Source: Protoeuglena noctilucae
Taxonomy: Eukaryota
DNA: 64,000 nt
Reading direction: 5' to 3'
Assembly: GCA_958009085.1 (NCBI GenBank)
Contig: OY253687.1
Span: 1 to 64,000, forward strand
Positions 26,001 to 38,394 of this stretch are shown here, piece after piece (the stretch's first letter is position 1; every line of letters begins with the position of its first letter). Both the position numbers and the translations under genes were made by a program. The notes beneath the pieces are model-generated. The model was not told the origin of the DNA. It saw only the letters and a list, made by a program, of their open reading frames with translations, and did not search any database.

Positions 26001-29000
26001 GACTGTGCCTGTGACTGAGTCTGTGACTGCGTTTGCGTTTGCGTCTCTCTACCACCACCGTTACCATAACCACCGTTACCATTACCACCACCCTGCGTGT
26101 CGATCAGATCCAATCGCAGATCAACCGGTGACCCACGGAAGCTGTCCATCGTTCCATGAGCATCCGCCCCATCTGCCCGCGACCCCATCTCGTGGCTGCC
26201 TAACGACAGCCCCACACCGTCGTCGCCGTGCCAGGCGCCCGGGCTGCACGAGCCACGGAACGCGGCGCCCTGGCTCTCACATCCCCGGGACTGGCTGGGG
26301 TGCTGGCTGGGGTGCTGGCTGGGGTGTTGGCTCGGGTGCTGGCTGGGGTGTTGGCTGGGGTGCTGGGAAGGGTGCGCGCGCGATTGGCTGTTGGTGATGC
26401 GCAACTGACTGGCCGCATCCACCCTCGCTTGGCTATTGATGTTACTGATACCCATCGCCCGCGATTGGCTGCCCACCGCAGGCCCCATCCCCACCGCCCT
26501 CTCCCCCCTTGCACCCCGCCCTGCGTCAGTGGTGCCAGTCACCCCCGCGTCGCCCACAGCACGTTGCCCTCCCTCCCCCGCACCCTCCCCCGCCCCTCGC
26601 CTGTGATGTGAGAATAGTGGTGCTGCTGCCCCTGACATGGACACCGATGCTCCTTTACCCCTCAGTGACCCCTGGGATTGCGTGGTTGCGTCCCAGACAT
26701 CGTCATCGCCAACGCTGGGATCCACCGATGGGGCAGTGACTGGGGGGACATGCGCCTTTACCAATGAAGCAGCATGGTCAGCGTGGGTCGCGTGGGTAGC
26801 GTGGGCGGGGGGTGCAGGGGGTGGCATGGTATCGCCCTCTCCACCATCCGCCGTCCCTTGCCCCGCCACGCCATCGCCGCTGCCATCCTCGTGACCCCTC
26901 TGCCCCTCAGCCACCCCACCGCTGCCGCCCGCCCCGCCATCGCCAATCGCAGGTGCGGGTGCGGGTGCGGGTAGGGCGGCAACTGCATCCCCGCTCTCCC
27001 TCTCTCTCCCCCCGCTGCCATACGCGGGTGAGGCCCTCACTTGCGCCACGGGGGCCTGGCTGCCCGTCCCCTGCATCGCAAGACACGCAGACAGGCACAT
27101 CAGCAATCCATTCGACCATCCATATGACAGCATGTCATCACAGACACTACCAATAATCCATCTCATTTATGCATGCTAAACGAGTCAATTCACACGCACA
27201 CCATCACACCGTCACCTGTGCTGCCGCGTCCCAGAGGGGCGACCCCACCCCCACGCTCGCGGGGCCAGCAGCACCCTCCCCATCCCTGCCACCCCCATCA
27301 CGCTCCCCATCCCCATGACCCTCCCCACCCTCAGCTCTCTTGTCACCCTCCCCATCCCCATCACCCTCCCTGCCCTCAGCTCTCTCATCACCCCCCCCAC
27401 CCTCCCCCCCCACTGCTCGCAGCCACGCCTCTTCTGCCGCCCTCCCGCTCTCGTGCCCCGCCAATAAAGCAACGGACCCACCCCCCACGCTCACAAACGA
27501 CCCCCCGCCATCTTCCCACGACGCACCCCCGCCCCTCGCGCTCCCCGCCCCTGCCCCAGCCACCTCCGTCCCCACTCCCGCACCACTCGCACCCGCACCC
27601 GCCTCCGTCCCCACCTCAGTCCCAACCTCTACCCTCATTGCCGTCCCCACAACCACCTCCGTCCCCACCAACGCCCTCCCCTCACTCCCCACCCCCCCCG
27701 TGCCCGTTCCCCGCCCCTCCCATTCTGCGATGCGTGCATTGCGCAGGGCACGCCACGCCCTCTCGCACTGCTCAGTCAGGGACTGGAGCTGCGGGGGGAG
27801 CGGGTGTGAGAGGGGGGGTGAGCGGGGTGGTGACGGGACATGCGGTGGGTGAGGGAGGGTGTGAGAGGGGGGATGATGAGAGGGAAGGTGTGGGAGAGGG
27901 GAAACACGTCACGCAGACAATCACTCACAGCCGGCCCCGTCACACCTTATCCTCTCCCTCTCATTCCTCACCCCCTCCTTCCCCAACACTAACACCAACA
28001 ACCCCATCGCACCCCTAACCCCACACACCATCCTCACCCCTTCTTTCCCAAGCGCCTTCCTCGCCCCCTTGGCCACCGCCCTCCACGTCCCCTCCGCCTC
28101 CTCTGCTTTTAATGCCCCATACGCCACTCCCGTCGGGTCCATTAATGCCCAGGCGTGGCCCTCGCGCCACTTGCGAGCCATCTTGACTGCCAGATACGCG
28201 CGCTCGTACTCAACCGCAGAGAACGTGGCAGCAAGGGGCGGCACGGGGGTGGGCAGAGTGGATGGATCGGACACCGCAGCTGCGGGGTGCGACTCAGTAA
28301 CCGCTGCCGTACTCCCCGCACCCGATGCTGTGCCACCCGCAGCCCCACTTGCACCCCCTGCTGACCCCACCACACCCGCACCCGCCGCCACCCCCGCTGA
28401 CACAGACAGCCCTGCGCCCTTCTCCACCCCCTGGCTCCCCACATCCAACTCGTCAGCGCCGTCCGCTGGCAGCGGCGCCCCCGGTCGGCGCGGGGGCGGC
28501 AGTGGGCCACCCTGGCTGCCGCACACGTCCAGCTGAGAGGCGTGGAGGGGGGCAGGGTGGGTGTTGGAGTGGGTGGGGTGGGCAGGGTGCATGGTGTTGA
28601 GCGCGGTGGGGTGCGTGGAGTGGGTGGGTTGCACGGGTTGCGTGGCAGGTAAAGCGGGGAGGGCGTCGTTGGATCCGAGGAGCAACGACGACCCCGCCGA
28701 CACGGGGAGCGAATGGGGGGCCTCGGAAAAGGGTTCGGATCCCGGGGCAGGCGCTGAAGGGGGATGGCCGGCAATGGGCCCAGGCGCTGGTGCGTCGCCA
28801 TCGCCGGGAAGCGGACCGGCGGGCTCCCCCGCTTCGCCCCCCGCTGGATCCCGGGCGGCAGGCGCCGGCGGTGCGCGGGCGGATGGGGTGGGAAGCGCAG
28901 CATGTGCGCTTGCGTCAGCTGGGCCCGCCTCGTGGCGCGGCGGGGCGGGTCGGGTCGCCGGCTTCGGATCCACGAGATACGATGGCTCGATTTGGGTCGG

Positions 29001-29438
29001 AGGAAAGATGTCGTCCTGCGCGGGGAGGGAGGGGCGAGGGTGTCTCGGGCTAGCAGAGAGGGCTGGCAGGTCCAGGGGACGCGAAGCGGGTCAGTTGCAC
29101 GTGCACGAGGAGCATATATATTTGTCGAGACGTGGAAGCCGCGCGGCACGACGCGGGGCGGCTCGAGGGGGCGCGCGGCGGGCACAGCGCAGCGGCACGT
29201 CCCTTGGCGCGAGCGCGGACAGCGGCGGCGTCGAAGACGGGCCAGAGCGCTCCGAAGAGTCGAGGATAACGATATAAATGAGATGCGAATGCCAGAGCGC
29301 CGGGAGTGTACGCCGCGGGGGCGGGCGGGGGGCTCGCCCAGGATCCAGGCGACCGCTCACCAAAGAGCCCGCATGCGGCAGAGACGCGCCGTCGTCGTAC
29401 CCGACGAACTGCGTTCCGGGTATGTCGCCGAAATCCAT
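23067..29438 (-). CDS. Large, mostly disordered SQ/TQ-rich protein of unknown function, 3' end cut by the gap
   Basis: Long Gly/Ala/Ser-rich minus-strand ORFs bounded by GT-AG sites (MDFGDIPGTQF...; DDIFPPTQIEP...; VEYERAYLAVKMARKWREGHAWALMD...; (HPSQ)n; ETQTQTQSQTQSQAQS). Exon chain and start only approximate. Confidence 0.6.
26290..26368 (-). repeat. Coding 12-bp minisatellite encoding (HPSQ)n
   Basis: ctggctggggtg units on the + strand; translates as HPSQHPSQHPSQ... on the minus strand. Confidence 0.9.
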
Positions 29439-29915
29439 GATCGTTCCGCGCCCCGGGCTCGCGGGACGCGAGGACTACCCCTGCAAAGCGCGCACAGCGT
29501 GTCAATCGCGGAGGCCCTCACGCTGCGCGATTTCACGCTCAGATGCCAGGCAGCGAGCACGCGCATACCTGTCGAGGAGAGCGGACGAGCGCGCCGGCTC
29601 GCGACCGGCGCCGCGCGCCACGGCAGTCCCGCAACCGATGTGCAGAGCAAACCCAGTCGCTACACGCGTCTCGCGCAGGCTTCTATCTTTCCGCAGCTCC
29701 GTGACTGCCTGCCAATTTTGTGCCATGCGGGGGTAGGCTGGGGCAACGTCTCGGTAGGCCAAGCGAGCGCCAGACTGGCACCGGCGCCGCAGGACCGCTG
29801 CAGGAAGCCTGGCTGTCGCTCGAAATCATCTCATCTCGGCAGCGTCGGCGCCCTCAATAGACGTAGCATCGTAGGCCGATCGCGGGCCTCCCAGCGATTG
29901 CGTGTCCGCGTCGCC

Positions 29916-32881
29916 ATGACGCGTGCGACGAAGAAGCGGCGTCAAAGCCAGAACGGGACGACCGTGGCGCTCGCGGAGGGCTACCACGTTGCGGTGGACT
30001 ACTTCCAGTGAGCCACGCGGGCCTGCTGCGCGACAGTCTGAGGCTGCGAGGGCCCAGCTGGCTGTCGAGGGTTGCTTTTGTTTGAATCGCGCCCTTGCCG
30101 CGGCGGTCCGCGCTCCCCCGCCGCGCCGGGGATGCGTAACGTGATATCGGTTCCCCGCAGGGATGGCATAAGGAATGCGGGTCTCCTCTTCCTCACGCAC
30201 CTGCACCAAGACCATCTCACGGGGTTGCTACTCAAGCGCGGCGTGCGGGACGCGACGGGCGCGCTCCGGACCATCTACTGCAGGTACGTGCGACAGCGCT
30301 TTCTCGCTCTTGGATTCGAATTTCATCGCACCCACAATATGTTTTTGCAGTTTCAAAACGCACTTTTCGCCACAGCTGCAGCTGAGAGACGCCCTCTGCG
30401 TCTTCTACTCGCAGCGAGGAGACATTTGCGATGATCCACGACCCCTCGAGCCCATTCCATCGCCTCGCCAAGCGCGCCGTCTTCGTCCCCCTCCCCCTCA
30501 ATCAGCACTGCACCCTCTCCTTGCGCCACGTCATCGCCGGCACCCACCTCGCGCGCCACGAGGCCCCCGCCCCCACCGCCGTGTCCGTCACGCTGCTGCC
30601 CTCCAACCACTGCCCCGGCGCCGTCATGCTGCTCTTTGAGCCTGTCGATGAGCCCACCACCGGGGGCGCTCACTCCGGGGCAAGGGTGTCTGTGGACCGG
30701 GTGCTGTATATGGGCGACGCCCGCATCGACGCGGACATCCTGGCAGCGATGCGGGGGGACGCGGATGCGGGGTCGGCGTCTCATGTGCCTCCGTGCGTGT
30801 ACCAACCGCAAGACTACGCGCTGGCGGGGCGTCACTTGCAGAGAGCCATCCAGGTGGGGAGTATGAGAGGGGAGAGGGGTCGGTGGCTGTGAGGCGTCAT
30901 TTGCTACTGATGAACAGGATGTGCAGGACACCACACCACGTGCGCCACCTCACTGGTCGTATGCGCTTGTCGCCGACACTCGACATGACACCACCACCTC
31001 TCACCCCTGTTCCCCCACCCTGTCTGCAGTTGGGCCTGGCCGAGGTGGTCGTGGACACCACCTACCACCGCAGCCCCTTCCGCGTGCCCCCACGCCACGA
31101 CGCCCTGCGAGACTTGCGCATCCTGGCATCCCTCGCCGCCAGAATCCCCGGGTTGGTCCGCAATTCCAGTAATGACAGAGTGACAACCGCTGAGCGGGGG
31201 TCGAGGTCCCACGCGCCCCACGCCCCGTGTCAGACCCGCGCGCCTGCCAGTGCTGCGGTGTCAGAGAGAGACGCAGGGCCGCGTCGTGCGATGCTGTGCC
31301 TGGCTCTGGACAAGCTGGGGAAGGAGGAGGCGGCGGAGGCAGTGCGGGGAGCGGTGGCGGCGGTAGCCAAGGGGTGCGGGCTGAGGTTCGCGGAGGGGCC
31401 GGGGCGAGCGGTGCCGTTTCGGCATTGCAGGGGGGGCCTTGGGGAGTCTGCGCTGCGGGACTGCGGGGGCCGGGTCGGGGTGGAGGTGGAGGTGGTGGAG
31501 CGGTGGCGGGTGATGGGGGGGTTCGAGGGGGTGCTGCATGTGAGGGAGGGGTGGGGGTGACTGCAAGGGGCGCGCATGTCGTGGCTACGTGTGATGGTCT
31601 GGGTTTATTCGTTCGTGTCCAACACACAGCCTCTTTGGATTGTATGCACCACATGCAAACCTCTACGGCACTGTCATCTCCCCCTTATCTGTAACTATAG
31701 CGCCATTCTAACAGTACCCCTCGTCACCGCAGACTTGCAAATTCGGGAGCTGTCCCGTGGCACCGTACACGGTGGTGCTGGTGCCGTCGTGCCAGGCACT
31801 GTGGCCGGGGGAGTGGGAGGGGCAGATGGTGGAGAAGGTGAGGGGGAGTGGGAGAGGAACAGGTTATGTGCTTGGCAGGTCATAGCTGGCACCCATGCTT
31901 GGCGACCACGTGCACATGCGACTAAAGTTCTGCCCCGTCCTAAGTCCTGCCCTGTCCTATGCCCCTCACATCCCACCGCCACTCTCGCAGGCGCAAACCC
32001 CCGGCCTGCACCCGACGCCCATGTACGGCCTCGACTTGAGCCACCCCAGCCACGCCTGGCTGTCGCCCCAGTCCCTGCGTGCCCTGCGCACGCCCGTCCT
32101 GGCCAGCCAGGCCACCACGGAGGCAGGAGACACACTCGTGATGCTCCACGTGCCCTATTCCAATCACTCATCCCACGATGAACTGGGTGATTTCTTAGAC
32201 TGGGTGACGGTGGGTGGGCCGGTCGGGTGGCACACGCGGCTGTCTTCGTTGGTCGCGGAGGGGAACAGGGCGAAAGGGGTGCGGGGGGGTGGTGGTGCGG
32301 AGGGGGCGCAGGGGGCGACAGGGGCTGGGGCTGACGAGGGGTTGACTGGGCAGGAGGGTGGCAGCCGTGAGCGTGAGAGGGGCAAGCGAGGGAGAGACAG
32401 GGACCCGGAGGGCGTGCGGGAAGGGAGGGGCGCCAAGAGTGCGAGCGTTGGGGCCAGGGCTGTGGAGGGGGCGGTCATGACAGGCACACCAAGGCGTGAC
32501 GGGGGCGCTGGGGTGGCAGTGGGAGCGGGGAACGCGGGGCGGGGTGTGCGCGGGGCAAGTGCGGGTGACGGGGAAGGGAGGGGGAGCGGGGGAGATCGAG
32601 CGCAGACGGTGCAAGGGGGGCGAGAGGCGGCGGAGGGGAGAGAGCCCGAGGGGGCGGTGACTGCGGTGCCGGCGCGTGGGCCGACGCCGGTGCGGGGCGT
32701 GAAGGGAGAGGAGGGCGTGACGGGGGTGTGGCAGTGGGCAGCATCGAGGTCGGGGGGAGCGCCCATGGTGGTGATGGAGGGGTGGGGCGCCGACGCGCCG
32801 ACGGTGGTGGTGGGGGAGGGGCGCGTGGTGGTGCAGTGCACGCCCAGGCGGCTGTTCCGGGATGGTGACGAGGGGCGGTAG
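29916..32881 (+). CDS. SNM1/Apollo/Artemis (DCLRE1) family metallo-beta-lactamase/beta-CASP nuclease
   Basis: VAVDYF, FLTHLHQDHLTGL, LLPSNHCPGAVMLLF, LYMGDAR, VVVDTTY, LDKLGKEE, HVPYSNHSSHDEL. Confidence 0.88.
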
Positions 32882-33158
32882 GGCATCGGGTCTGGCGCAC
32901 CGTAGGGCGCTGGAAAGCACGTGTCGGTGTTGGCACGCTTTGAGCAAAGACTTGATTTGCCTCCCTGCTCGCGCCAATGATGCACGCGCGCATCTATTAG
33001 TGACCGATCCGGCACGGGTTGAAGAGAGGCCGCCGACGCACAGGCCTTGTCCAGCTGGTGGTACGTCGCCCCAGCGCCCTCCCAGGGCCTCTCTCGCGTC
33101 TTCTTTGGCTCACCGCGTGTTTTCTTAGAAACAATCGCAGCGCTGCGCCCCCCGAGAT

Positions 33159-35513
33159 ATGCTGCAGGCCGCGGCGTCGTGCAGCCTGGTCCCACGCCTT
33201 TGCGCAAACAGGTGTCGGGGCGCAGCGCGGTGCCGGGCGCCGCGAGGCGGTTTGCGCAGCCATCTTACGCATCTCATGGCGATAAGCTAGCAGGGAGAGC
33301 ACATTACCATCGCTCTCGGGCCCCGGTGACCCGCAGCCGTCGCTTCCCCAGCCTCGCCGGGCGTGGTGCCGTGTGTTTGAGGCTCCAGACGCGGTCGCTT
33401 CGCGCCAGCATGTCGGATTCGAGTAATGGGAACGTGCGCGCCGGCGCCAGCTCCTCGCCGCAGCGCGAGGGCGGCGCTGGGCCTGCGGTCGCCCCTCCGG
33501 CTGCCGAAGGGCCCTCCTCGACCACGGACGGCAAGGGCCGCCGCAAGGGCAACGTCGAGTGAGTATCCGCACATGATTTGAGCTGAATCGTTGCTCTCAG
33601 CCTTTTGATACAGCGAGCTCGCGTCGCGCTCGCCTCCGCAGCCACTATTTGGGGTCCGCCAAGACGTTACCCCCGGGGCACAAGGAGACGGGATGGCTGA
33701 TGGATGCACAACGGAAGGCACAAGCGGAGCGGTGAGTCGGCCTCAGCTCGTGCCTCTTCCCTGTCGCGAGAGCCAAGGCTCCCCACGCGAAGCCAAAGTT
33801 TTCCTTGTTTTCCCGCAGGGGGTCCGTCAAGCTGGCGGAGGGCCTGAAGGAGGACCCGTTTGCGGAGCTGGGCATGGACTGGCGCGTGCTGGAGGAGGCG
33901 GGGGCGGTGCGGGTTCGCCAGCACGTCAACCCTCTGGAGAGTCGCTTCCAGAAGCCCGCAGGTGACGATTGGATGCGTGTGACGAGGCATATAGAGTGTT
34001 TCTGTATGCCATGAAGCTGCAGATATGCTTGATGTGCACCAGACGACGCGCTGAGGGCACGTGTGATGGTGTGGCCGATGCGTACGTGATGCAGCTCATG
34101 CCTGCGCGCCGCTCTTCCGCCTGCAGGTCCGCTGGAGTGGGACAAGATCTTTGAGGATCCCAGCAAGCCCCTGGTGGTGGACATCGGGTCCGGAAGCGGG
34201 CGCTTCCTGCTCCTGATGGGCAAGCGGTGGGGCGGAAGCCACAACTACCTGGGCCTCGAGGTGACGACGGCCATTCGCGCACCGAAACGCTTTTCTGGTA
34301 TATGCCGCAGCAGCCGCTCTCGTCAACTGCATATCTTTTTCTTTTGGGTCGCTGCTGGGGGTTCATGGGATGGGGCTGTGTTGCGGTGCGCCTGCCGATA
34401 CTTGCCAGTGCCTTGGTACCGAGCTGTACTTCCACACGCTTGTCCGCAGATTCGCGAGAAGCTCGTGGAGCGCGCCAATCGCTGGGCGGAGCTGATCCAG
34501 CTGGGCGGCCGCGTGCACTTTGCCTTCTGCAACGCCACTATCTCCATGCGCACGCTGCTGGGGAGCTACCCGGGCCAGCTGGACCTGGTCACCGTGCAGT
34601 TCCCCGATCCGCACTTCAAGAGGAAGCACCGCAAGCGGAGGACCATCCAGCAGAACACGGCCAGGTGGGGACTGGCAGGGGCGGTAGGTGGCTGACCATG
34701 GGTGGCCAAAGCGGGATGAGCGGTTGCCGACGGAGGCGTGGCGTGGAAGCAAGCATGAGATGGCAAGTGTTAACGTTCTTTGTCTATGACCCTGGTTGTC
34801 AATACGGGTCGTCGGTGTTCGCTTCGCCTTTGCAGGGACATCGTGGACCTCTTGCGCGTGGGCGGCCGCGTGTTCTTGCAGTCTGACGTGGAGGAGATCG
34901 CCATCGACATGCGGGATCAGTTCGAGGCGCTTTCCGAGGGGAGGCTCGAACTGGCGGACGAGCACGGCACAGCGGAGACGTTCCCGGCCAAGCAGGCGGC
35001 GTTCTACGAGGGCGTGAGGGTCGAGGCGAGTGCGGGGGGGGGGAGGATGGATGGGTAGCAAGATGGTGAATGGAAAAGGGAGCATTTGCATGGATGAAGA
35101 TGGGGTGTAATGGAATTGTTTGCTGCCCACTGCGCGAGTGGATGTGGTCCGCCCGATGTCACGATGCAGACCCGTGCTCGTCACCTTCCCCGCAGCTGCT
35201 GCGCGAGCAGATGGCAAAGGCCAACCAGCGCAAGTCCAAGAAGCGGAAAGTGGAGCAGGGCGAGGAGGGTAAGGGCAACAAGGGCGAGGACGGGGAGGGG
35301 GGCGAGAAGGCGGGCGGTGCGGGGGAGGGGGAGGGGGAGGGAGCGGAGGGGGGACTGGAGCCCGAGCCGACGTTCGCGTCGAAGTGGGCGGAGGCCGGGT
35401 GGCTGGTGGTCAACCCGCTGGGCGTGCCGACAGAGCGGGAGGTCTACACGTCGCAGACGGGAGCGTTCGGAGGCACCGCGCACCGCATCCTGATTGTGAA
35501 GAAGCGGGAATGA
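33159..35513 (+). CDS. trmB: tRNA (guanine-N7)-methyltransferase, TrmB-type, organelle-targeted
   Basis: RVRQHVNPL, VVDIGSGSGRFLL, NYLGLEIR, FCNA, QFPDPHFKRKHRKRR, FLQSDV, PLGVPTERE; N-terminal transit-like peptide. Confidence 0.92.
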
Positions 35514-35887
35514 GTTTTGATAGGAGCAGCCGTTCTCTCTGCCGATTGAAGAGCAGCTTGGGAGGGCTGCATGTTCCTGGCGCCAAGCGAGCCGCTCAGG
35601 GCACTGACAAGACGTCCGGATTCTGGAAATGGCTCAGAGGGCGTAAGCGAGGTAAGTCGCACGCCGATAAGCCGGATTCGTGTTCGCCTGGCCGGGTGCA
35701 GCTGGTCCCTCGCATCGTTTGCAGGCTGCTTTCGCGCTGAGTGGCCCGGCGGTGGTGTTGATCGTGCAGCCATATTTAAATTGATCGTGTTACTGCCAGA
35801 GAAGCATAGGCGGGGCGATCGGAGGCGTTTCCGCGCAGCAGGCGCTTCCGCCTGCTCCTCGAGTGTTGCTGCGGCCGTCTGTGGCCA

Positions 35888-36581
35888 TGCTGGGTCGCAA
35901 GCGCAAGGTAGGAGACTCATGGCGTGAATATGGTTACGTACGCGCGGATCATGCTCTCGACCAGCCAATATTCGCTTCCGAACGTGAGCGTCGATGCCCG
36001 AAGCTGCCCCATCTGCCTCCCCCAGGCTCCCGGCGGCGCGCCCATATCGGTCACGTGTGACGAGCAAGACCATTCGACCGATGGCGCAGACGGGGACGCC
36101 TTGGTGAGGGCGCATGGGCTGGTGGAGTGCCCCGGGACGTCACACGTCGACCATGTGAAGCATTGCAAGCGGCATTCTCCCACCATTCTCGACACAGATG
36201 GAGCCTGATGTGCGCGTCTGGCATCCCGTGGACGACGGCTATGAGGACGCCGTGATTGATGTCCTGGATTCATCGGACGCCGTGGCGCTGCGCATCCCGT
36301 GCCACCGCAGCGTCGTGTGCTGGGCACTGCCAGTCTTGCGCGACCAGGATCGGCAGACGGACAGCGTGGTGGAGGGGAGAAAGCGGCTGGTGATGGCGGA
36401 CGACCCCGAAGACGTTCGCCGCATGGTGGCGGAGCTGTACCGACTCGCTCAGCAGTGCTCAGACAACGGGACGGACGTCGCGTCCCTCTTCGACAAGGTG
36501 CGCACCACCAGGCATTTCTTCCTAAAGATGAAGGCCATCCAGCGCTCTAAGCAGCGGCATAGCTCAGAATACGCATGCTGA
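35888..36581 (+). CDS. BTB/POZ-like protein, tandem copy 1 (short C-terminus)
   Basis: Exons MLGRKRK | APGG...GDAL | MEPDVRVWHP..DGYEDAVIDV...IPCHRSVV...LVMADDPEDVRRMVAELY; resembles the BTB pattern D-x-h...hxxHRxVL...hxDxDP..h..hh.hhY. Confidence 0.6.
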
Positions 36582-37030
36582 AGCGAGATTATGCAAACTA
36601 GCTCTGCGCAGGGCGCGTTGAACACCGTGTTGCTGCTGATGAAACGTGAATGGTCGGCAGGGGCAGGCAGGTGGTCCAGCATCGCATCGCCGCGAGTGCT
36701 GGTGAGCGCTGTGCCAGGGAAGCGAGTGCGAGGGGTTGGAGGAGCGGATACAGCTCCCCGGTGGTCAGAAAGGAACAAATAGCTTTCAAGACGACCATCA
36801 TCGGCCGTGCTGAGGTTCCGGAGGTCCGTCGCGGGCGAACTTCGCGACCGTGCACATCACGAGGTCTGTGGTACCTTCTGCCTCGCGGCGCCGGTCCGAA
36901 AGCCTGGTGAGCGGTTCTCATCGCCATGTTTGAGAAGACTAGAGTCGTGGGTCCTTATAGCGACCCTGTGATCGCGTCATGCATGAGCTCGCCGCGATTC
37001 ACAGGCGACCCGAAGAAAGGCGGTGCTGCC

Positions 37031-37922
37031 ATGCCGGGAAAGCCGGTGAGGCGCTCGACAAAGCGGCCCGCAAGATATGCGGTCGCCGGCGTCGAGTCAG
37101 CTCGTGAGCTCGTCGCCGGGACGGACACGGTGAGCGCAGCTTATCCTGTGTCTGGGATGCGCCAGCGCGAGGGCTTTCCATGGATGAGGGTCTCATGAAT
37201 CCCTCCTGCCGCCCTCTCAGGCTGTCCCAGAGGTGGGTGAGTCGTTGATCTGGCATCCGGAAGGGTCTGATGGCTACGAGGACGCTGTGATCGACGTGCT
37301 GGACGAGTCGGGCGCCGTGGCGCTGCGCATCCCCTGCCACCGCACCGTCGTGTGCCGGGCGTCGTCGGTGCTGCGCGACCAGGACAAGCAGACGGACAGC
37401 GTGGTGGAGGGGCGGAAGCGGCTGGTGATGGCGGGGGACGACCCGGACGACGTGCGGCGCGTGGTGGCGGAGATTTACCGGCCCCTAAGCATGGGCTGGA
37501 GGCGGGACTCGAAGCGGATCTCCAAGAAGTACCAGCGGTCCACGTACGGGACGTTCCACAGGACGATCAAGGCCCCCACGCTGCTAGACGCATACAAGCG
37601 GGTGGTGGACCGGTGGGGCCGCAGCCGCTCGCTGAGGGAGAAGTACGACGTGAGCCTGGCGGTCATCGAGATCGACGACATCATGGAGGTGTACGCGCTG
37701 CACAGGGGCCGGCACAGGGCCGGGAACGCGGTCACTGCGCAGGACGTCAGCGTCGCGACCTGGGTGGCCCAGACGGTCATGGTCCAGGGGGACCCTACGC
37801 GGGACGAGCACGTCGGCATCCTGCAGGACCCAACGATGACCAAGTGCCTCTCCAAGGTCGCGGGGGACGAGGCGGGCCTGGCCGCCAAGTTCGTGGCTGG
37901 GTTGGCGCAGAAGGCCGGCTGA
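37031..37922 (+). CDS. BTB/POZ-like protein, tandem copy 2
   Basis: Exon 37031-37129, phase-0 intron 37130-37220, then DGYEDAVIDVLDESGAVALRIPCHRTVVCRASSVLRD...GDDPDDVRRVVAEIY. Confidence 0.7.
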
Positions 37923-38394
37923 GCTCCGCGTGGATCGCCTGCAGGCATGATCGGGTAGTGGAGGTGGCAGCATGCCTGTGAAGCCGAGGTGGGAGCTCAG
38001 GTGCAGCTCAAATTCAGCTCGGCCTGATGCGGCCTGATGTCCGCTTGGGGAGCCCGTGCCAGCGAACCCTGCCCGATGCGCTCGCCCGCAACGTCCATGA
38101 TGGGGAGCGCGCAGGACTTTCGCCAGTAAGCCACATCTTCGCATCGCGAGCCCGCTGCGAATCCTTTATTTGTCAGAGAAAACGCTTTGACAAAGGCCAT
38201 CAAGCAATTTCTGCCAAATTCGAGCCGCGCGCAAGGTGAGGCGTTGGGTGGATGTTTGCATTAATAATACTACAATTCGGATATGGCCACAATATGCTGG
38301 AACCGCGAGGGGGCCCAGCTGTGTCGATTTCAGATGCACCTGCAGGCGCCGTGTGATTTAAGGGTGATTCTGCAGGGATTTGCGGTGGACGGAC

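Noticed and set aside
35014..35027. GC donor at 35026 in trmB
   Set aside because: An in-phase GTGAGG donor at 35014 explains the splice equally well, so it was not counted.
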